Source: Lytechinus pictus (Eukaryota). From it: a DNA stretch of 64,000 bases. Where the stretch lies: positions 13,642,001 to 13,706,000 of the forward strand of contig NC_087263.1 of NCBI RefSeq assembly GCF_037042905.1, read 5' to 3'. A model generated the notes under the pieces. The model saw nothing but the letters and a program-made list of their open reading frames with translations. It had not been told where the DNA came from and did not search any database. The position numbers were made by a program, and so were the translations under genes. Positions 1-15,200 of this stretch are shown piece by piece. The first letter of the stretch is position 1. Each line of letters starts with the position of its first letter.

Positions 1-125
1 CGCCATTTACGCTCAAACAGGGTACCAGTAACTGGTATCTTTTAATAACGTCTGTTTGGTCCGAGGCGACCGGGGCTTGAACTACCGACCTCAAGATGGT
101 GAGACGGGTGCTCTACCAATGTCTA
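1..125 (-). mobile_element. tRNA-derived SINE 5' part (diverged)
   Basis: Minus strand reads TGGTAGAGC (A-box-like) ... GGTAGTTCAAGCCCCGG (B-box-like), then a non-tRNA body. Confidence 0.6.
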
Positions 126-181
126 ATAATGTTTGTATTTGTAAAAGTGGCTCGAGAAAAGAATATAAAGAAATAACTAAC

Positions 182-286
182 CACATTTCGTTCCAGTGTA
201 ATTTTCAGGACAATCACAAGTGTAAGAGTTGATACCATCCACACAGGTCCCACGTATACAGGGGTTTGATGCACATTCGTTGATAT
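182..286 (-). CDS. EGF-like exon ([35 protein letters not shown]), 105 nt
   Basis: Acceptor tttacag|AT, donor G|gttagt, six EGF cysteines. Confidence 0.85.
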
Positions 287-3200
287 CTGTAAATAGATTA
301 ATAACATTAATGATTGATTTAAGAAAGGAGGTTGCTAGACTTTTATTCATTTTATTACGCATTATCCTGTATAATTAATAGGATTTTTTTACCTGTCGAG
401 CAGTTCATTCCAGTATAGCAAGGAGAATAGTTAAAAGGATCAGAGTCGATACCATCATCGCGGGTTCCTCCAGAGATTAAATGATAGCATTCTACTGATA
501 GGATTTATTTTACTTCAAGTTCAACAATAAAATTAAAACATAAAGCTTAATATTATATATTATATTGAAGTGAAATGGTTACCTTCTCTAAAGCCTATCT
601 TGTTGAGGTTCCCGTAAAAAATGTATATGCGACATAATAATAGATACGAATATTCACATTGTCTTTAATATGCAAATATATAATATTTACCTTCATGCAG
701 AATAGAATATAAATATCATTACAATAATCATATCTATATTCTCCCAAAAATAATAAATGCGGCTGAAGAATAACAGAATATGGCAAGTCAAACCAACGGG
801 ACATTACAAAACAAAAACGTTCCAGGAAAAGCACGTATGAGGACGTGACAAGACCAAGACACAGCAAGACATAATATAACAAATACAAGAACAGGGCACA
901 ACAAAGCAAGAAGAAAACGAAACAAAACTACACAAAGTAGACAGGAAGAAGAAGAAGGAGAGAAGATAGTGAATCAGAAAGAATGGAAGATCCTCATATA
1001 TTTTAAGTGGTGTTGTTATTAGAAGTGTTACATTTTTAATTAGATGTGTTAATGCTCTAATAACATTAGGATCACAGTCGTCAATATCCATCAACAGATG
1101 AATAACATGAGTGCTAAAAAACATTTGTTAGCTTTTTATTCCTTTCATTCTTCAGCAACTAGTAAAGTCAAATAATTTCGTTGCCCGTCGAGCAGTAAAG
1201 CCAGGAGCACAGTTACAAGTATAAGAGTTGATACCATCGTCACAAGTTCCTCCATTCACACAAGGGGAAGGATCACAATCGTCAATATCAATAACATTCA
1301 TGATTAAATAGGAGAATGTTAGCTTTATATATTTATTTTATTGCTCATGAATAAATGATTAAGTTTGTTACCTGTCGAGCAGTTCATTCCAGTATAGCCA
1401 AGAGCACAGTTACAAGTATAAGAGTTGATACCATCGTCACAAGTTCCTTCATTCACACAAGGAGGAGGATCACAATCGTCAATATCTGCAACAATATCAA
1501 TAACATCCATGATTAAATAGGAGAATGTTAGCTTTATATTCATTTTACTGCTCATAAATAAATGATTAAGTTTGTTACCTGTTAAGCAGGTCATTCCAGT
1601 GCAACCCGGGGCCCGTAACACAAAGGTAAGCAATTATTGTAGAACTTTCAAAGGATATGATTACAGCCATTAATAATAATGAGGAAAATATAAGGATCAA
1701 TGGATATTTAGCCTTCCGTTTCCTACATTGGTTATTAACCTATACTAATGATATTTTTTGTCACCTGTCAAGCAGTTCATTCCAGTATAGCCAAGAGCAC
1801 AGTTACAAGTATAATAGTTGATACCATCGTCACAAGTTCCTCCATTCACACAAGGGGAAGGATCACAATCGTCAATATCTGCAACAAGATCAATAACATT
1901 CATGATTAAAGAGAAGAATGTAAGCTTTATATTCATTTTATTGCTCATGAATAAATGATTAAGTTTGTTACATGTTGAGCAGGTCACTCCAGTGTAACCC
2001 GGGGCCCGTAACACAAAGGTTAGCAATGATTGTAGAACTTTCAAAGGATATGATAAAAACCATTAATAATAATGAGGAAAATATACGGATCAATGGATAT
2101 TTAGCCTTTCGTTCCCTACATTGGTTATTAACCTATGATAATGATATTTTTTGTTACCTGTCGAGCAGTTCATTCCAGTATAGCCAAGAGCACAGTTACA
2201 AGTATAAGAGTTGATACCATCGTCACAAGTTCCTCCATTCACACAAGGGGAAGGATCACAATCGTCAATATCTGCAACAAGATCAATAACATTCATGATT
2301 AAATAGAAGAATGTTAGCTTTATATTCATTTTATTGCTCATGAATAAATGATTAAGTTTGTTACCTGTTGAGCAGGTCACTCCAGTGTAACCCGGGGCCC
2401 GTAACACAAAGGTTAGCAATGATTGTAGAACTTTCAAATGATATGATTAAAGCCATTAATAATAATGAGGAAAATATAAGGATCAATGGATATTTAGCCT
2501 TTCGTTCCCTACATTGGTTATTAAACTATGAAAATGATATTTTTTGTTACCTGTCGAGCAGTTCATTCCAGTATAGCCAAGAGCACAGTTACAAGTATAA
2601 GAGTTGATACCATCGTCACAAGTTCCTCCATTCACACAAGGGGAAGGATCACAATCGTCAATATCTGCAACAAGATCAATAACATTCATGATTAAATAGG
2701 AGAATGTTAGCTTTATATTCATTTTATTGCTCATGAATAAATAATTAAGTTTGTTACCTGTTAAGCAGGTCACTTCAGTGTAACCCGGGGCCCGTAACAC
2801 AAAGGTTAGCAATGATTGTAGAACTTTCAAAGGATATGATTAAAGCCATTAATAATAATGAGGAAAATATAAGGATCAATGGATATTTAGCCTTTCGTTC
2901 CCTACATTGGTTATTAACCTATGACAATGATTTTTTTGTTACCTGTCGAGCAGTTCATTCCAGTATAGCCAAGAGCACAGTTACAAGTATAAGAGTTGAT
3001 ACCATCGTCACAAGTTCCTCCATTCACACAAGGGGAAGGATCACAATCGTCAATATCTGCAACAAGATCAATAACATTCATGATTAAATAGGAGAATGTA
3101 AGCTTTATATTCATTTTATTGCTCATGAATAAATGATTAAGTTTGTTACCTGTTAAGCAGGTCATTCCAGTGTAACCCGGGACCCGTAACACAAAGGTTA

Positions 3201-6200
3201 GCAATGATTGAAGAACTTTCAAAGGATATGATTAAAGCCATTAATAATAATGAAGAAAATATAAGGATCAATGGATATTTAGCCTTTCGTTCCCTACATT
3301 GGTTATTAACCTATAATAATGATATTTTTTGTTACCTGTCGAGCAGTTCATTCCAGTATAGCCAAGAGCACAGTTACAAGTATAAGAGTTGATACCATCG
3401 TCACAAGTTCCTCCATTCACACAGGGGGAAGGATCACAATCGTCAATATCTGCAACAGTATCAATAACATTCATGATTAAATAGGAGAATGTTAGCTTTA
3501 TATTCATTTCATTGCTCATAAATAAATGATTAAGTTTGTTAGCTGTTAAGCAGGTCATTCCAGTATAACCCGGGGCCCGTAACACAAAGGTTAGCAATGA
3601 TTGTAGAACTTTTTCCTATGATTAATTGCTAAACTTTGTGTTACAGGGCCCAGGAGCACAGTTACAAGTATAAGAGTTGATACCATCATCGCAATAGAGG
3701 AGGATGAATTGAGGAAATGTTCCTCCATTCACACAAGGGGGAGGATCACAATCGTCGATATCTGTAAAAGATCAATAACATTGATGATTGAATAAAATGT
3801 TAGCTTCCTATTCATTGTATTGCTCATAAATAAGTCTGTTATCTGTTAAACAGTTTTTCCACAAGTCCTCATCGAGATTCAAAAACTTTGGCCGACAGAA
3901 CACAGCTCTTTACTCTCACAAAAGAAGTACTTCCAAGAGAAATTTGCGTTTGTATATATAACGGAGGACAAGCAGAGTAGGTCTTACTCATAGCCTGGGT
4001 TATCGGCACAGAAATGCAGAGCATTTTGCTCTTCGGTTATTATATTCCCAGAATTTCTTTCCGAGATTCTCAACCCTTACGTGAATGGATGATTCTTTAT
4101 TATATTTACTTACTCTGACATTGGGGAAATGGATCAGAGAAATTTCTGGAGCTTGTGCATGTGACAGAGGATTGGCCAGTCAGATCATAACCAGTCGGAC
4201 AAGAGAATGTGCATGCTTGGTTCAAGCTAACCTCTTCACCAGGTGTACAAGATGAATTTACGTTTTCTCCAAATTCAGAAACCTCACAAGTAACTGACCA
4301 GTCGAAACAAAAATTGGTGATGTCAGAAATCAAGCTCTTTAAAAAATTGTCGTTTATTGTAACAAACATTGATCATCGGCAACTGAGCAACGCTAACACA
4401 AGTTACACAACCATCATAAACATAAAAACATCAGCGATAATATAAGGCAATTATGAAATGACAATTATCTACATGATCTAGGTGGCTCTTACATTACGAA
4501 CTGTATTACCCGGACATTAGCTCCAGATTCTTAAAAGTACTTATAGCATTCAAGGAAGTCATCAGGCCGGGTACCCATTAACCTCACCTGGGCTGATTGC
4601 AACACAACGAGGACCGATATCCCCCTATAGGAAATAATGCCTTAGTTGGGAATTGAACTCACGCCCATCTGTTTTAAAAGTGAGAGTCAGAGGTGATAAA
4701 TATAGTATAAACAACAGTAGGACAACCATCATCAATATGAAAGAATGAACAATAATATAAGGGAACTTCGACAGGCAATTATCTAGTTTCCTTTTTAAAG
4801 GTGAACTATATACCCGGACTATAGCTCCAACTGCTTAAATGTCCTTACGTCATTCAAGGAAGTAATTCAGCCGGGTACCCATTAACCTCACCTGGGTTGA
4901 TTTCAAAATAATGAGAATCAATATCCTACTAAAAGGAAATTACGCCTGGGTTGAGAATTGAACTCACGACCCTCTTTCAAAAGCAAGAGTCAGAAGGTCT
5001 GGACCACGTCCCTTCATCCCTATGTCACCCCCAGTAGTACCAACACGACGACTAACACACAAGAGTCACAACGTATCCCCTCTATTACCCCCCCCCCCCT
5101 ATAATCATTGTGATAATCTTCATCATCTTCATTTCATCACCGTTATAACTATTGTAACCATCAAAGTGAGTTCAAGACCTTGATAAACACAACGCCATTA
5201 CCGCTATTGAATACGTGATAAAAATGTCAAAAATATTTCGTTCTCTCAGCCATGGTTTCAAAACTTCCTTCTAACATAATAAAGCGATAGAAACTTATTA
5301 AGCATTATACAGAGCCTATACGTCAGACTTACCCCGACAATCGGGAAGTGCGTCTGAGAAATTTCCAGAGCTCGTGCAGGTAACGGATGATGGTCCGATA
5401 AGCTCATAACCAGTTGGACAAGAAAAGGTACATTCTTGGTTCAAGCTTACTTCCTCACCAGTAGTACATAAAGAAGTTACTTGTATTCCCAAGTCATGTA
5501 CGGTGCAAGTTGCTGAAATGTAAACCAAACATGTCAAAAATAATTTGTGATGTGAAAAATCAAGATATTTAAGAAAAAAGTCGTTTCTTATAACAAACAT
5601 CGAGTTTGGCAACTGAGCAACATTAGCACAACCATTATCAACATGGAAAGATCAACGATGATATAAAGCAGTTATGAAGTGAAAATTAGGTAATTAGGTA
5701 ATTGACAATTATTAAGAATGGTACAAAGCTTTTTATGTCGAACTAACCCTGACATTCGGGAAATGAGTAAGAGAAATTTCCAGAGCTTGTGCAGTTAACG
5801 GATGACGGTCCGACCAGCGCATAACCAGTTGGACAAGAAAAGGTGCATTCTTCTTCATAGGTTACATGACTGCCAGGTGTACACAATGAGTTTACTTTGT
5901 CTCCCAGTGAGGTTACAGCGCACATCACGACTAATTTGAAAGAAAGAAATCAGGACGAGTGTCGGCAACTAACAAAAAACATCTAAGTTATATCCCTTCC
6001 TGGAGGCAGGTAATATCGAATCATTGTTTAATAACGTCAACGCATAAAACCTTCCGTTTGCCTTTATTGACGTAGCTATCGTTTGATTTTCGGTATATCT
6101 ATAAACGATTGTTTTCCAATCCCGATACTCCCACAAGTTATCATCGAGATACAAGGTCTTTGGCTAATAGAGCACATCTCCTTACTGTCAGAAAAGAAGG

Positions 6201-9200
6201 TCTTCCAAAAGAATACTGCGTTTCTACATGTAACGGAAGACAGATACACTAGATCTTACCCCAAGCCTGGGTTATCGGCACAAAAAGCAGAGCATTTCGT
6301 CTTTCATGTATTGTATTCCCAGAAATTCTTTCCGAGATTCTGGAGCTTTGAATAAATGGATAATGGTTCCTTTACTTTATTTACTTACTCTGACATTGGG
6401 GAAATGGATCCGAGAAATTTCCGGAGCTTGTGCATGTGACAGAGGATTGGCCAGTCAGATCGTAACCAGTCGGACAAGAGAATGCACATTCTTGGTTCAG
6501 GCTTACTTCCTCACCAGGTGTACAAGACGAATTTACGTTTTCTCCCAATTCAGAAACCTCACAAGTAACTGAAACAACACGATTCAAAGAAAAGTTGGTG
6601 ATGTCAGCAATCAAGATATTTAAGAAAAAGTTGTTTCTTATACATGTTATAACAGACCTCGAGTTTTGGCAACTGAGAAACCATTATCAACATGAAAAGA
6701 TCAACGATGATATAAGGCAATTACGAAGTGGAAAGTATCGAGGTGCTTCTTAAATGGCGAACTATTACCCGGACTTTTGCTTCGGATTCTCTAAAGTCCT
6801 TAGGGAATTCAAGGAAGTAATCGGTACGGATTCCCATTAACCTCATCTTGGTTGATTGGAACACAATGGAGATCAATATTCTACTAAAAGAAATTAGACC
6901 TTGGATGGGATTCGAACACACGCCTCTCTGTTTCAAAAGCGAGAGTCAGAATATCTGGACCACGTCGCTTTATTGCTATGTCACCTCAAATAGTACCAGC
7001 ACTACGACTACCACACCAGAGTCGCAAAACACACCCTATATTACCCCCTATAATAATTATGAAAATCTCCACCATCTTCAATAACTTATCACCATTGTCT
7101 TCACCATTAGATTGAGGCTACTATACCAATATATTGATAAAGACAACGTCATATCCGCTCTTTTGAATACTGAATATAATGTTCAAAAATATTTCATTTT
7201 CTCATCTAGGGTGTGGAAGTCTTTTTCTTACATAATTAGGTAATTGACAATTTTTCAGTATGGTACAAAGCTTCTATGTCCAACTTACCCTGACATTTGG
7301 GAAATGAGTGTGAGAAATTTCCAGAGCTTGTGCAGTTAACGGATGACGGTCCGACCAGCGCATAACCAGTTGGGCAAGAAAAGGTGCATTCTTCTTCATA
7401 GTTTACTTGACTGCCAGGTGTACACGATGAGTTTACTTTGTCTCCCAGTGAGGTTACAGCGCACATCACGACTAATTTGAAAGAAAGAAATCAGGACGAG
7501 TGTCGGCAACTAACAAAAAACATCTAAGTTATGTCCTTTCCTGGAGGCAGGTAATATCGAATCATTGTTTAATAACGTCAACGCATAAAACCTTCCGTTT
7601 GCCTTTATTGACGTAGCTATCGTTTGATTTTCGGTATATCTATAAACGATTGTTTTCCAATCCCGATACTCCCACAAGTTATCATCGAGATACAAGGTCT
7701 TTGGCCAATAGAGCACATCTCCTTACTGTCAGAAAAGAAGGTCTTCCAAAAGAATACTGCGTTTCTACATGAAACGGAAGACAGATACACTAGATCTTAC
7801 CCCAAGCCTGGGTTATCGGCACAAAAAGCAGAGCATTTCGTCTTTCATGTATTGTATTCCCAGAAATTCTTTCCCAGATTCTGGTGCTTGGAATAAATGG
7901 ATAATGGTTCCTTTACTTTATTTACTTACTCTGACATTGGGGAAATGGATCCGAGAAATTTCCGGAGCTTGTGCATGTGACAGAGGATTGGCCAGTCAGA
8001 TCGTAACCAGTCGGACAAGAGAATGCACATTCTTGGTTCAGGCTTACTTCCTCACCAGGTGTACAAGACGAATTTACGTTTTCTCCCAATTCAGAAACCT
8101 CACAAGTAACTGAAACAACACGATTCAAAGAAAAGTTGGTGATGTCAGCAATCAAGATATTTAAGAAAAAGTCGTTTCTTATAACAGACCTCGAGTTTTG
8201 GCAACTGAGAAACCATTATCAACATGAAAAGATCAACGATGATATAAGGCAATTACGAAGTGGAAAGTATCGAGGTGCTTCTTAAATGGCGAACTATTAC
8301 CCGGACTTTTGCTTCGGATTCTCTAAAGTCCTTAGGGAATTCAAGGAAGTAATCGGTACGGATTCCCATTAACCTCATCTGGGTTGATTGGAACACAATG
8401 GAGATCAATATTCTACTAAAAGAAATTAGACCTTGGATGGGATTCGAACACGCGCCTCTCTGTTTCAAAAGCGAGAGTCAGAATATCTGGACCACGTCGC
8501 TTTATTGCTATGTCACCTCAAATAGTACCAGCACTACGACTACCACACCAGAGTCGCAAAACACACCCTATATTACCCCCTATAATAATTATGAAAATCT
8601 CCACCATCTTCAATAACTTATCACCATTGTCTTCACCATTAGATTGAGGCTACTATACCAATATATTGATAAAGACAACGTCATATCCGCTCTTTTGAAT
8701 ACTGAATATAATGTTAAAAAATATTTCATTTTCTCATCTAGGGTGTGGAAGTCTTTTTCTTACATAATTAGGTAATTGACAATTTTTCAGTATGGTACAA
8801 AGCTTCTATGTCCAACTTACCCTGACATTTGGGAAATGAGTGTGAGAAATTTCCAGAGCTTGTGCAGTTAACGGATGACGGTCCGACCAGCGCATAACCA
8901 GTTGGACAAGAAAAGGTGCATTCTTCTTCATAGTTTACTTGACTGCCAGGTGTACACGATGAGTTTACTTTGTCTCCCAGTGAGGTTACAGCGCACATCA
9001 CGACTAATTTGAAAGAAAGAAATCAGGACGAGTGTCGGCAACTAACAAAAAACATCTAAGTTATGTCCCTTCCTGGAGGCAGGTAATATCGAATCATTGT
9101 TTAATAACGTCAACGCATAAAACCTTCCGTTTGCCTTTATTGACGTAGCTATCGTTTGATTTTCGGTATATCTATAAACGATTGTTTTCCAATCCCGATA

Positions 9201-12200
9201 CTCCCACAAGTTATCATCGAGATACAAGGTCTTTGGCCAATAGAGCACATCTCCTTACTGTCAGAAAAGAAGGTCTTCCAAAAGAATACTGCGTTTCTAC
9301 ATGAAACGGAAGACAGATACACTAGATCTTACCCCAAGCCTGGGTTATCGGCACAAAAAGCAGAGCATTTCGTCTTTCATGTATTGTATTCCCAGAAATT
9401 CTTTCCGAGATTCTGGAGCTTTGAATAAATGGATAATGGTTCCTTTACTTTATTTACTTACTCTGACATTGGGGAAATGGATCCGAGAAATTTCCGGAGC
9501 TTGTGCATGTGACAGAGGATTGGCCAGTCAGATCGTAACCAGTCGGACAAGAGAATGCACATTCTTGGTTCAGGCTTACTTCCTCACCAGGCGTACAAGA
9601 CGAATTTACGTTTTCTCCCAATTCAGAAACCTCACAAGTAACTGAAACAACACGATTCAAAGAAAAGTTGGTGATGTCAGCAATCAAGATATTTAAGAAA
9701 AAGTCGTTTCTTATAACAGACCTCGAGTTTTGGCAACTGAGAAACCATTATCAACATGAAAAGATCAACGATGATATAAGGCAATTACGAAGTGGAAAGT
9801 ATCGAGGTGCTTCTTAAATGGCGAACTATTACCCGGACTTTTGCTTCGGATTCTCTAAAGTCCTTAGGGAATTCAAGGAAGTAATCGGTACGGATTCCCA
9901 TTAACCTCATCTGGGTTGATTGGAACACAATGGAGATCAATATTCTACTAAAAGAAATTAGACCTTGGATGGGATTCGAACACGCGCCTCTCTGTTTCAA
10001 AAGCGAGAGTCAGAATATCTGGACCACGTCGCTTTATTGCTATGTCACCTCAAATAGTACCAGCACTACGACTACCACACCAGAGTCGCAAAACACACCC
10101 TATATTACCCCCTATAATAATTATGAAAATCTCCACCATCTTCAATAACTTATCACCATTGTCTTCACCATTAGATTGAGGCTACTATACCAATATATTG
10201 ATAAAGACAACGTCATATCCGCTCTTTTGAATACTGAATATAATGTTCAAAAATAATTCATTTTCTCATCTAGGGTGTGGAAGTCATTTTCTTACATAAT
10301 TAGGTAATTGATAATTTTTCAGTATGGTACAAAGCTTCTATGTCCAACTTACCCTGACATTTGGGAAATGAGTGTGAGAAATTTCCAGAGCTTGTGCAGT
10401 TAACGGATGACGGTCCGACCAGCTCATAACCAGTTGGACAAGAAAAGGTGCATTCTTCTTCATAGTTTACTTGACTGCCAGGTGTACACGATGAGTTTAC
10501 TTTGTCTCCCAGTGAGGTTACAGCGCACATCACGACTAATTTGAAAGAAAGAAATCAGGACGAGTGTCGGCAACTAACAAAAAACATCTAAGTTATGTCC
10601 CTTCCTGGAGGCAGGTAATATCGAATCATTGTTTAATAACGTCAACGCATAAAACCTTCCGTTTGCCTTTATTGACGTAGCTATCGTTTGATTTTCGGTA
10701 TATCTATAAACGATTGTTTTCCAATCCCGATACTCCCACAAGTTATCATCGAGATACAAGGTCTTTGGCCAATAGAGCACATCTCCTTACTGTCAGAAAA
10801 GAAGGTCTTCCAAAAGAATACTGCGTTTCTACATGAAACGGAAGACAGATACACTAGATCTTACCCCAAGCCTGGGTTATCGGCACAAAAAGCAGAGCAT
10901 TTCGTCTTTCATGTATTGTATTCCCAGAAATTCTTTCCGAGATTCTGGAGCTTTGAATAAATGGATAATGGTTCCTTTACTTTATTTACTTACTCTGACA
11001 TTGGGGAAATGGATCCGAGAAATTTCCGGAGCTTGTGCATGTGACAGAGGATTGGCCAGTCAGATCGTAACCAGTCGGACAAGAGAATGCACATTCTTGG
11101 TTCAGGCTTACTTCCTCACCAGGTGTACAAGACGAATTTACGTTTTCTCCCAATTCAGAAACCTCACAAGTAACTGAAACAACACGATTCAAAGAAAAGT
11201 TGGTGATGTCAGCAATCAAGATATTTAAGAAAAAGTCGTTTCTTATAACAGACCTCGAGTTTTGGCAACTGAGAAACCATTATCAACATGAAAAGATCAA
11301 CGATGATATAAGGCAATTACGAAGTGGAAAGTATCGAGGTGCTTCTTAAATGGCGAACTATTACCCGGACTTTTGCTTCGGATTCTCTAAAGTCCTTAGG
11401 GAATTCAAGGAAGTAATCGGTACGGATTCCCATTAACCTCATCTGGGTTGATTGGAACACAATGGAGATCAATATTCTACTAAAAGAAATTAGACCTTGG
11501 ATGGGATTCGAACACGCGCCTCTCTGTTTCAAAAGCGAGAGTCAGAATATCTGGACCACGTCGCTTTATTGCTATGTCACCTCAAATAGTACCAGCACTA
11601 CGACTACCACACCAGAGTCGCAAAACACACCCTATATTACCCCCTATAATAATTATGAAAATCTCCACCATCTTAACTTATCACCATTGTCTTCACCATT
11701 AGATTGAGGCTACTATACCAATATATTGATAAAGACAACGTCATATCCGCTCTTTTGAATACTGAATATAATGTTCAAAAATATTTCATTTTCTCATCTA
11801 GGGTGTGGAAGTCTTTTTCTTACATAATTAGGTAATTGACAATTTTTCAGTATGGTACAAAGCTTCTATGTCCAACTTACCCTGACATTTGGGAAATGAG
11901 TGTGAGAAATTTCCAGAGCTTGTGCAGTTAACGGATGACGGTCCGACCAGCGCATAACCAGTTGGACAAGAAAAGGTGCATTCTTCTTCATAGTTTACTT
12001 GACTGCCAGGTGTACACGATGAGTTTACTTTGTCTCCCAGTGAGGTTACAGCGCACATCACGACTAATTTGAAAGAAAGAAATCAGGACGAGTGTCGGCA
12101 ACTAACAAAAAACATCTAAGTTATGTCCCTTCCTGGAGGCAGGTAATATCGAATCATTGTTTAATAACGTCAACGCATAAAACCTTCCGTTTGCCTTTAT

Positions 12201-15200
12201 TGACGTAGCTATCGTTTGATTTTCGGTATATCTATAAACGATTGTTTTCCAATCCCGATACTCCCACAAGTTATCATCGAGATACAAGGTCTTTGGCCAA
12301 TAGAGCACATCTCCTTACTGTCAGAAAAGAAGGTCTTCCAAAAGAATACTGCGTTTCTACATGAAACGGAAGACAGATACACTAGATCTTACCCCAAGCC
12401 TGGGTTATCGGCACAAAAAGCAGAGCATTTCGTCTTTCATGTATTGTATTCCCAGAAATTCTTTCCGAGATTCTGGAGCTTTGAATAAATGGATAATGGT
12501 TCCTTTACTTTATTTACTTACTCTGACATTGGGGAAATGGATCCGAGAAATTTCCGGAGCTTGTGCATGTGACAGAGGATTGGCCAGTCAGATCGTAACC
12601 AGTCGGACAAGAGAATGCACATTCTTGGTTCAGGCTTACTTCCTCACCAGGTGTACAAGACGAATTTACGTTTTCTCCCAATTCAGAAACCTCACAAGTA
12701 ACTGAAACAACACGATTCAAAGAAAAGTTGGTGATGTCAGCAATCAAGATATTTAAGAAAAAGTCGTTTCTTATAACAGACCTCGAGTTTTGGCAACTGA
12801 GAAACCATTATCAACATGAAAAGATCAACGATGATATAAGGTTAATTACGAAGTGGAAAGTATCGAGGTGCTTCTTAAATGGCGAACTATTACCCGGACT
12901 TTTGCTTCGGATTCTCTAAAGTCCTTAGGGAATTCAAGGAAGTAATCGGTACGGATTCCCATTAACCTCATCTGGGTTGATTGGAACACAATGGAGATCA
13001 ATATTCTACTAAAAGAAATTAGACCTTGGATGGGATTCGAACACGCGCCTCTCTGTTTCAAAAGCGAGAGTCAGAATATCTGGACCACGTCGCTTTATTG
13101 CTATGTCACCTCAAATAGTACCAGCACTACGACTACCACACCAGAGTCGCAAAACACACCCTATATTACCCCCTATAATAATTATGAAAATCTCCACCAT
13201 CTTAACTTATCACCATTGTTTTCACCATTAGATTGAGGCTACTATACCAATATATTGATAAAGACAACGTCATATCCGCTCTTTTGAATACTGAATATAA
13301 TGTTCAAAAATAATTCATTTTCTCATCTAGGGTGTGGAAGTCTTTTTCTTACATAATTAGGTAATTGATAATTTTTCAGTATGGTACAAAGCTTCTATGT
13401 CCAACTTACCCTGACATTTGGGAAATGAGTGTGAGAAATTTCCAGAGCTTGTGCAGTTAACGGATGACGGTCCGACCAGCGCATAACCAGTTGGACAAGA
13501 AAAGGTGCATTCTTCTTCATAGTTTACTTGACTGCCAGGTGTACACGATGAGTTTACTTTGTCTCCCAGTGAGGTTACAGCGCACATCACGACTAATTTG
13601 AAAGAAAGAAATCAGGACGAGTGTCGGCAACTAACAAAAAACATCTAAGTTATGTCCCTTCCTGGAGGCAGGTAATATCGAATCATTGTTTAATAACGTC
13701 AACGCATAAAACCTTCCGTTTGCCTTTATTGACGTAGCTATCGTTTGATTTTCGGTATATCTATAAACGATTGTTTTCCAATCCCGATACTCCCACAAGT
13801 TATCATCGAGATACAAGGTCTTTGGCCAATAGAGCACATCTCCTTACTGTCAGAAAAGAAGGTCTTCCAAAAGAATACTGCGTTTCTACATGAAACGGAA
13901 GACAGATACACTAGATCTTACCCCAAGCCTGGGTTATCGGCACAAAAAGCAGAGCATTTCGTCTTTCATGTATTGTATTCCCAGAAATTCTTTCCGAGAT
14001 TCTGGAGCTTTGAATAAATGGATAATGGTTCCTTTACTTTATTTACTTACTCTGACATTGGGGAAATGGATCCGAGAAATTTCCGGAGCTTGTGCATGTG
14101 ACAGAGGATTGGCCAGTCAGATCGTAACCAGTCGGACAAGAGAATGCACATTCTTGGTTCAGGCTTACTTCCTCACCAGGTGTACAAGACGAATTTACGT
14201 TTTCTCCCAATTCAGAAACCTCACAAGTAACTGAAACAACACGATTCAAAGAAAAGTTGGTGATGTCAGCAATCAAGATATTTAAGAAAAAGTCGTTTCT
14301 TATAACAGACCTCGAGTTTTGGCAACTGAGAAACCATTATCAACATGAAAAGATCAACGATGATATAAGGCAATTACGAAGTGGAAAGTATCGAGGTGCT
14401 TCTTAAATGGCGAACTATTACCCGGACTTTTGCTTCGGATTCTCTAAAGTCCTTAGGGAATTCAAGGAAGTAATCGGTACGGATTCCCATTAACCTCATC
14501 TGGGTTGATTGGAACACAATGGAGATCAATATTCTACTAAAAGAAATTAGACCTTGGATGGGATTCGAACACGCGCCTCTCTGTTTCAAAAGCGAGAGTC
14601 AGAATATCTGGACCACGTCGCTTTATTGCTATGTCACCTCAAATAGTACCAGCACTACGACTACCACACCAGAGTCGCAAAACACACCCTATATTACCCC
14701 CTATAATAATTATGAAAATCTCCACCATCTTAACTTATCACCATTGTCTTCACCATTAGATTGAGGCTACTATACCAATATATTGATAAAGACAACGTCA
14801 TATCCGCTCTTTTGAATACTGAATATAATGTTAAAAAATAATTCATTTTCTCATCTAGGGTGTGGAAGTCTTTTTCTTACATAATTAGGTAATTGATAAT
14901 TTTTCAGTATGGTACAAAGCTTCTATGTCCAACTTACCCTGACATTTGGGAAATGAGTGTGAGAAATTTCCAGAGCTTGTGCAGTTAACGGATGACGGTC
15001 CGACCAGCTCATAACCAGTTGGACAAGAAAAGGTGCATTCTTCTTCATAGTTTACTTGACTGCCAGGTGTACACGATGAGTTTACTTTGTCTCCCAGTGA
15101 GGTTACAGCGCACATCACGACTAATTTGAAAGAAAGAAATCAGGACGAGTGTCGGCAACTAACAAAAAACATCTAAGTTATGTCCCTTCCTGGAGGCAGG

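Noticed and set aside
6900..6968. tRNA gene in each array unit
   Set aside because: Only a B-box and degenerate A-box are present; there is no convincing cloverleaf and it runs into a SINE-like body.
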